A stretch of DNA of 64,000 bases. Origin: Eledone cirrhosa (taxonomy: Eukaryota). The stretch's first letter is position 1. Every line of letters starts with the position of its first letter. The notes beneath the pieces are model-generated. The model made no database searches, had not been told where the DNA came from, and saw nothing but the letters and a program-made list of their open reading frames with translations. The DNA lies in contig OZ024743.1 in NCBI GenBank assembly GCA_964016885.1, positions 340,504,001 through 340,568,000 of the forward strand, read 5' to 3'. A program made the position numbers and the translations under genes. Below, piece by piece: positions 55,758 through 64,000 of the stretch.

Positions 55758-56625
55758 GAGTCATTTGTTTTCTTTTCTAAAAAGTGTCTTTACCCGATTT
55801 TCTCAGCTATTTTTAGCAACCAACTGTATTTACAGTTATTTGTCTGTCATTGAGTTTCCAACATGTTCTATGAACCACATACAAATATATATATCAACCG
55901 GATATATTCAAGACATTAGAAAAAGAAAAGAAATGTTTCACCTTCAATGGAGGGATGAATCAAAAAGAAGAAAAAAATATATTAGAGTATATAAATTTCC
56001 TCTCTGATTAATGTCGGCAGCTCATTCTTTCGTAATACAAAATAAAATTCAATCAACTATATATAGAGATATCTGTTATACTCTCATCGTTTTCTCAATG
56101 TCTCTGTATCTCTATTTTTCTCTTTCTATCAGTAAGTTTGGTTCTACAGTTGTACGGATTCTCTAGTGTGCAGGCAGTAGTCAAAGAGATTGCCTCAACC
56201 TCAAATAAGTTTCGATAGTGTTTTAATTATATTTGTATTACTGCATTGCTTTATAGATATTCTTACAATGTATGAAAGAAAGAAATGCTAAATGCTTTAA
56301 GGTTTGAAATATTTATTTGAAATATGCCCTTCCATTTTAAAAAATTCATTTGTTTTCGATGCATTAACATTTAATGGTTTCTAATTTAATGCACAACCTT
56401 CAACCTTAATATAATTTAATGCACAGCCTTCAGCCACAGTATATATTAATAAAATAACTTCCACTTTTATACTATGCATTGAATCTACAAAATAGCGTTT
56501 GTATTTGAAGTGAATAAGTATTTCTATCTTTTTGTAATTGTAATCGAATCGTTGTCCTTAATAAATAGAAACTGAAACATCATCCTACGAATAGGTACCA
56601 ATGTATTGGCAGTTATAGACACATA

Positions 56626-56696
<71 letters not shown>

Positions 56697-56737
56697 CAGT
56701 TATAGACACATACGCAAACACACACACACACACACAT

Positions 56738-56769
<32 letters not shown>

Positions 56770-58850
56770 TGTTGTTCTTCACGAGAGTCATGCTGCCAAT
56801 AAGAAAACGTACATTGCTTTCGTTTCACTACAGTTTTATTATTATTTATCAAGTAACTATCCAACAGTTGATTAAACAACCAATAGTCTATTTATGGAAT
56901 TGCCAAAGCCCCTTCATTACACGTGATTTTATCAATGAGGAAAAGAGGAAATAATCTGGAAGCAAGGTCGGGACGGAGCGGAGACACTGAGGGCAAGTCG
57001 TCACAGTTCACTGGATTAGCCTCTTAGTATTAAGTATTCATTTTTCCGTCATCAATACAAAACCAACATACACCCCCCCCCCCACACACATACACACACA
57101 CGTATATATATATATATATATGTAAATATATATGTTAAGATCTTAAGAAAAAAGACACTCACACATACACGCACGCCCACATACACACAGACTCATACAC
57201 ACAGATATAATATGCCTTATACCATCCATTAATAGTTGAAATTTAATAAGATGTATATATTGGCGTCGTGACTGAAACTAAGTCACTATATTCGAAAATA
57301 AAATAAAAAGAAACCTTGCTCACTCACACGTTTGCTATATGTTAATGAAATAATATGATATAAGAAAAGAACGTTTCCAATGTATAATCGCACATACATA
57401 CACACACGCATACATTAACCACACACACACACAAAAACACGCACACATACACCCCCCCCCACACATATACATATATATATATGTGTGTGCGTGCGTGTAT
57501 GTATCATAACATGGATTAATCTTCAGTACATTAGTATATTCACTTACTTGTATTCCCTTCAATTTCTCGATATTAATATTGCATTATCTTACTACTGGTG
57601 TCTACTTTCTGGACACAATGTCGCATATTTAGAAAGTCTGTAGCATTATTTGTACAATACTACCGTGCAGTATTATGTTGAAATATTTATTAAATAGCTG
57701 GATGAAAAATTCAATATAATATGAAGGGGGTCACTGACATTAAAGAAAGATTTAAGAAAGAGGAGAAAATAATTAACTTCTTGGATTGCTGAACTTGTTT
57801 TACCATTCTCGTATTCCAGAACAAATTGTAGGAAGATTATTTATTGTGTGCTCTAAGTGGCGGGAATGGCCATAAATGCTATATTGCTTTACTGTTCACT
57901 TCTTTTCTCGAGGCCCTGTAGTTGACGACATGTAGGCTATAGCTTGAATATTACGTTTCTCTTAATCTATTGAGAGCTTCCTACTGCGCATGTAATTCTA
58001 CTTGTGTCAGCGTTCACCCAAGAACATAGGCCGCCCATTCATTACGATAACAGACAGATCACCCAGTTTGTGTATGCCCTCATTAGAGACAACTTATCGT
58101 ATCGTTTTAAAACGCAATATAGATAAACGTTTGCAGGTTTTGCGCAGAAATTTATCCGAGCCAACGATGATACCTTTATGTGCTCACTCGATTCGCTAGG
58201 GATAGAAGCTAAATTATCTTCATTAATTTTAGCCATGGTCGACAAGTCCCTTATGTTATTTATGTAAAAAACAATTTCAATTTGAAAGGACACTAGTTCG
58301 ACTTATTGGTGTATTTATTGAATGTATTCTATAAATAACAGTGAAAATCACTCACTCTAAAAACACTATCATTTTTAAGAAGAACGCAACATTTGATAAT
58401 GGATTAGTATAAAAATAGAATGTCATCCAAAACAAAATTCATAAGAATTTCGCATGTGTGCATGACTATACACTGAATGTGTTTCAGTATTTCTGTACTG
58501 TATATTACACCATATAACTTTATCGTATACTTCGGTTGCTTAGTGCTTAAGTTAATATATATCTTAATTAACTATCAACATGAGCACAAATAATATGCAA
58601 CTGTGTACTTTCATTTCGAGATATTACTATGAGTGATACGGTATATAGACCCCTCGGTGTTTTTGATGATTTATATACCTTCTAGCTTCGAACATCGATT
58701 AAAGATGTTTATCATATTTTCAAGTTTTAGTATTTACATGCCTATACTAAAAATGTGTGAATCTATATACATATTTACGCAGTTTCGGTTACCTCTATAC
58801 TGTAGATATACAGATCTAATTTGATCATATATATATATATATATATATAT

Positions 58851-59521
58851 AGTAGGTCGAATTCGCTTGCACACCGCTAAAGATTCGATTTTACTAAGCC
58901 TCCAATTATATTATTTTCTGCTAGATTTAATAATTAACTAATTAATTTAATTAGACAATTCTGTTGATTGGTTAATTATTTGTGTTTGCTTAATAACATC
59001 TGGTCGAGAGCTTATTCTGAATATTAGCGGAAATTATAATATTTCCTTTGTCTAACACTTTGAATGACCCGCCAAAAACCGGGGGTTATTTCCCTTGTTG
59101 GAAATAACACGTGACAACTAAATGTTCGATTCGCTGATGCTAACTACAACATTTAGTATTTCGCCCCGTTCTTTGGTAGAACGAAATCCCGTTGATGAAA
59201 TGAATCCTCTGTTTGATCATGAATACCACGAGCTTGCCAATTACGTAAGTCTCATATTTGATTTCGGATTCATAGAAACACTTTAAACGTATAACGTTTG
59301 ATTTGTCCAGGTGTATTTTTTCTCAACCTGTTAGTTCTTTCGTTACTTTGGTATTGTGTGTTAGATTTTGCCTACCACAATGTTCAATTTGTCAAGCTAT
59401 TTAAACGTATGTTATTACTCTAAGGACCTACCTTGTCGAGTGTTTTGCTAACTCATTCATAAAGTAGGTAGAATTTGCTTGCTCACCGTCAAAGATTCGA
59501 TTTTACTAAGCCTCCAATTAT
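58851..59521 (+). mobile_element. ~670-bp element with ~60-bp terminal direct repeats in (TA)n
   Basis: 58851-58911 matches 59463-59521; the interior is homologous to 60935-61505. Confidence 0.8.
59185..59320 (+). ncRNA. Extended hammerhead (degenerate core TTGATGA)
   Basis: TTGATGA-A-ATGAATCC..GGATTCAT-A-GAAA-CAC..GTG-TA. Confidence 0.6.
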
Positions 59522-59574
59522 ATATATATATATGTATATATAGAGTGAGAGAGAGAGATAAAGAGCGAGCGAGA

Positions 59575-59944
59575 ATAGAAGAGGAAACACAGGTAAGCAT
59601 TAAAAAAAGAATTCTATCCAGGTATTTACGACCGTTTCATTGGTAAGCGCAACCTTATATCGCTATATTGCAAATAGCAGCCACTCGATAATAACTGTTA
59701 TTCACCTCCAAATTTTCAAAATAATGAATAAGTTACTTGTAAAAGGTTCTTAATATATTTCTTAAAAAACATTTTTTTGGAATAGTATTTACTATATAGA
59801 GAGAGAGGAAAGGGGAGAATAATTAGGAAGTAGAGAGACAAACGGGGATGGATGGAGGGGTAAAGATGGAAGGATTCGTCGATCAGTTTGATTCGTAGAC
59901 TTGATGTCGTCAATTTACTGTGTAGGGAGTTAAACGTTTATAGT

Positions 59945-59994
<50 letters not shown>

Positions 59995-60787
59995 GGGGGG
60001 GGGAGAGATAGAGAGATAAATATATATATATAAAAAAGAGGGAAGAGAAAAAAAGAAGAAAAGAAAAGAGAACAAAAAAAGGGGAGAGAAGAAAAGAAGA
60101 AAATGAAAAAAGAGAAAAGGAATGAAGGAGGAGAGAGGGACGTAAGTATTGGTTACTGTGGGTAATTAAAGGGGTTAGATTCAATAAGAGGGTAGAAAGT
60201 CTAAGAATATGCAGTTTGTCAGGTTGTAGTACGAGGTTAAGGGTTCGATTTGCACTTGTAGTGCGAACACTTTTCTTTAAGTCTATGGTTGCAATAAATT
60301 GATCTTTCTATTTTATTGTTGAGTAACTTATTCTTCGAACTCAAAATGTGAAACAGTTCAAGGTCACATAACCGACAGCTTCTCATACCACTCGGATATT
60401 CATGCGCGTTCGATAGTTTCTTCCACTTCAGGGTGTATTGATGGTTCCCTCAGTTTTTAAAAAATATATTAAGAACCTTTTACAAGTAACTTATTCGTTA
60501 TTTTGAAAATTTGGAGGTGAATAACAGTTATTATCGAGTGGCTGCTATTTGCAGTATAGCAATATAAGGTTGCGTTTACCAATGACACGGTCGTAAATAC
60601 CTAGATAAAATCCTTTTTTTAATGCTTACCTGTGTTTTCTCTTTTATTCTTTATACTCCAAGATTGAATGTGATTTACCACATTCTTGCAAACTTATGGA
60701 GTGGTCCCTAACCGTGCGTTGGAAACCGTCCAAGAAAGTGGCTACCTTAACTACGAACTGTATTACAATAAGCAATTTTCTGCTTCC

Positions 60788-60790
<3 letters not shown>
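59575..60790. mobile_element. PLE-type fragment with ~195-bp inverted pLTR pair
   Basis: 59575-59768 is the reverse complement of 60454-60655. Confidence 0.8.
59623..59723 (-). ncRNA. U3-A8 hammerhead with long stem II
   Basis: TATT-TTGAAAA-TTTGG..CCAAT-GAAA-CGGTCG-TA-AATA; mirror copy 60499-60599 has GACA for GAAA. Confidence 0.72.
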
Positions 60791-60835
<45 letters not shown>

Positions 60836-60862
60836 GTATATGCGTATATATATATATATGAC

Positions 60863-60936
<74 letters not shown>

Positions 60937-61103
60937 TCATAACTTCTGGTTGAGTGCTTAATTCGGTTTAGTCTAAAGGAATTTCATTCCTTTGTCTCAA
61001 ATTTGAATCCACCGCCAAAGCGGGGGTTACCTCCCTTGGAGAAAACCACGTGTCTATAGCGAAATTCACTGCTAGAACATACCCACAGAGGCTAAAGAAC
61101 ACA

Positions 61104-61300
61104 AGACTTGCTGAAGAAGTAAATCCTTTGTTCTGCCGCCAAAAACCATTAACTTTCAGACGCCTGCAAGCGGAATTTGTCGATCTTGGATTTGCAGAAA
61201 CCTAGCGCTGATATTGTGTGCTGTATGTGATGCATATCGTGTGCTATACGATATGTATTGTATATTCCATTCAGTCCCAGCGTTTTGTCCAGGTCAGTCT
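61104..61300 (+). ncRNA. Extended hammerhead with large stem II and III inserts
   Basis: AGACTTG-CTGAAGA-A-GTAAATCC..GGATTTGC-A-GAAA-CCT..AGG-TC-AGTCT. Confidence 0.72.
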
Positions 61301-61555
61301 AATATCTTCTCCTGAGTCCTGTATTTTAGTTGCTGTGGTAATGCGGCTGGATTGCCGATCGCTATATTTGATTTGCTAAGCTGTCTAAACGTATTGTTAT
61401 TACTCTGGGGTACTATCCCCACCCGAGTGCTAAAGCTACATACCAAATTTGCATTCGTTAGCTTGGCCGCACACTAAGGCTTCGTTAATGCTGTACTAAA
61501 ATTTGTATATATATATATATATAATAAATGTAACCTGAGTTTTTCGAACATTAAT

Positions 61556-61737
61556 AATTGTTTCTACTTTAGGCACAAGGCCAGCAATTATCCAGTGCAT
61601 TACTGGTACTTTATTTTATCGACCCCGTAAGGATGAAAGGCAAAGTCAACCTCGGCGGGATTTGAACTCAGATCGTAAAGGGACATAACTATGCTGGAAA
61701 GCATGACGTCCGACCCTCCACCGATACTACCAATCCA
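61556..61737 (-). mobile_element. tRNA-derived Nin-domain SINE
   Basis: A and B boxes plus Nin-like core. Confidence 0.8.
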
Positions 61738-61741
61738 AACA

Positions 61742-62138
61742 TTAATAATAATATTTGATTCGTTTGCAATTATGCAAACAGCTTCTTTTATAAGCCATGT
61801 CAATAGAATGAGCTCCTCATTCCCTCTCCTGTGTTGACATGCAAACAGAACTGCAGACACTAATGTTTCTGGGTGATTACCCTTCATCAGTGTAGTTTAC
61901 TGCTTACCTGCCAACTGTCATAGCTTGTGAAAATATATGATATTTTCTGAAATATACAGTGGCTGATCGGCCTGATTTGAATATTAGCAGATTGGCTGAT
62001 CAGCCAGCTCTGCATTTTAGCAGACTCACTGATTTGCATGCCAACACAAGAGCGAGAGAATGAGGGGCTCATTGTACTGATATAGCTTAAAAAGAGGCTG
62101 TTTGCTTAATTGCAAACGAATCGAATATTATTATCAAT
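61742..62138 (-). mobile_element. Short element with ~105-bp inverted arms enclosing a hammerhead
   Basis: 61742-61848 is an imperfect reverse complement of 62028-62138. Confidence 0.8.
61850..61896 (-). ncRNA. Type I hammerhead ribozyme
   Basis: ACTACA-CTGATGA-AGGGTAATCACCCA-GAAA-CATTAGTG-TC-TGCAGT; GUC site. Confidence 0.88.
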
Positions 62139-62153
62139 ATTCGAAAATCTAGT

Positions 62154-62226
<73 letters not shown>

Positions 62227-62257
62227 AAGAATCAAAGAACTGTTCAAAACATTTTTG

Positions 62258-62304
62258 TGCTTACAACTGTTTCCTCCAAACCGAGGTTTGGATTCTTCGG
62301 AGCA
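62258..62304 (-). ncRNA. Hammerhead, core CCGAAGA (U4C)
   Basis: TGCT-CCGAAGA-ATCCAAACCTCGGTTTGGAG-GAAA-CAGTTG-TA-AGCA. Confidence 0.75.
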
Positions 62305-62881
62305 ATTTATTAATGAATGAACAGTTATATGACCTCCTTTTTACCCAAGAGACATACAGATACATATGCAAATATTGTGGGTCAACATTCATTACAGCAA
62401 TTAGAGTGGCAGTACACATTTAGAGATTACATTCATATTAAAAGGTACAGTCAAAAATACAGGTTAAAATACAACATGAAAATAAGCGGTTATATAGTGC
62501 AAATGGTATATGTGTGGCAAGCACGTGCGTCTTGTTTATATAGTGTGGCATAAAACTGCTCTGTAAATCATCTGATGTTTTTACATTGAGCTACTTAACT
62601 TACTGGTAATAAGGTAGTAATATATTACTGCCTACCACTATTTAGGGTTAGTATAAAAAAATATATATAACTGCAAAAGGTTTTTGTATTTACATAACCA
62701 TAAATAGTATAATTAATACTATATATATATATATAGTATTATCCGTAGTGTTGTAATATGAATATTATACACAGTAGATGGACAGCTCACGTAGGGTTTG
62801 CTCGACGGTTCCAGTTGTAGTTTCAAAAGTAATCCGGAGAAAATAGAAGGATTTAAATGGATACAGTTCAGTAAAAGGAAT

Positions 62882-63002
62882 TTATTGGCACGTGTTTCAA
62901 TAACAGTTATATGACCTGAAAACAGCTGCTATCTACAAAGTTTTAACTATGCAGACACTCAATATTTCAATGTTATTTTCAACTACCATTTCATCAGAAT
63001 AA
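62882..63002 (-). ncRNA. Hammerhead with long stem II, cleavage triplet mutated to GCC
   Basis: TTATT-CTGATGA-AATGGTAGTT..AACTGTTATT-GAAA-CACGTG-CC-AATAA. Confidence 0.7.
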
Positions 63003-63663
63003 TATCATTGAGAACTTGTTTGGTTTTTATAGAGAATATTAAGAGGGAGGAGTGAAGTTGTTAGAAGAATAGTAAAGGGAGTGGATAGAAATGTTTGATA
63101 GCAGTGGGTAATTAGATTCCCATCTGTTATTTTGTTAGTTGAGTTTGACATTTTTATGACATTTTTAAAGAATATTCATTATTTGGCGTTGGCTGTATTG
63201 GTTATTTTTCTAAATCTATAGAAGGATTAGAGATAGTAAAGATATGCATGGTTGGTTTTGTGTTTGCATTAATTCACATACAGACTTAAATTTTTCTTTC
63301 AAGTGTACGTATCCGTTCGCCCACACATAAATATATGCGTATATATACTTATATTTAAAAAAAAACACATTAACACTCACACACATATATGTACACCTCT
63401 ACAAATACATACACTCACATACACATACTTACATGCTCATACTTACATACATATATACCTGTACACACATATATATATATATATACATATATATATGTGT
63501 ACATACATACGCATTCATGTATATACACTTTTATACTCTACTTATCTTCATATACACACATATAGACACACACATATATACATACATACTCTTGTCCATG
63601 TGTATATATATATATATAAATACACATATACATGAATACACATACATTTAATTATACACATCA

Positions 63664-63700
<37 letters not shown>

Positions 63701-64000
63701 TCACCCACTTATTTACTTATTTATATACATTTTCACATATATATATTCATATGGTTGCTTTTAGACACATTCATTATAACATATTCGCACCTATTCTCAT
63801 CAGCATATTTATCCATTATTAGTGTGATAATTTAAGGTTAATAATAGTACATATATATGTTGAGAAGAGATTGTTTTTATATTTTTCTAACTTGATTGAG
63901 GATTTGTAAGTTGGGAGGATGTCCCTCGTTTATGTAATATTCTGCTTGTAGTGGGAAAAAAGGGTTTTAGTTCAGTGACGGCAGAATAATGTTCGTTCAA

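Noticed and set aside
47643-57530. Isolated CTGANGA heptamers (e.g. near 47643, 48665, 54740, 55198, 57522)
   Set aside because: No correctly placed GAAA and stems; expected by chance.

Overview
AT-rich animal genomic DNA, probably octopus or another cephalopod (inferred from the SINE types and the very long (TA)n, (TATG)n, (CA)n and (GA)n tracts). I found no host exon I can support, and most ORFs in the track are microsatellite read-through. The window is mostly decayed transposons: Penelope-like elements (PLEs; Naiad-like at 1-2.4, 6.1-7.1 and 32-33.5 kb; Neptune-like with two pLTRs at 34.5-39.3 kb), an R4/Dong-type LINE, RTE fragments, a mariner, a Helitron relic and tRNA-derived SINEs. 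The main signal is about 25 type I hammerhead ribozyme (HHR) motifs in about 15 unrelated sequence families, mostly in short elements inserted in (TA)n. They include non-canonical cores (U3-A8, U4A, a 2-nt insertion), recurrent 10.1/11.1 mismatches, extended forms with covarying stems, tandem ~335-nt retrozyme-like units, and fold-back hairpins that turn inside the ribozyme. All folds were assigned by eye, activity is untested, and element boundaries are approximate.
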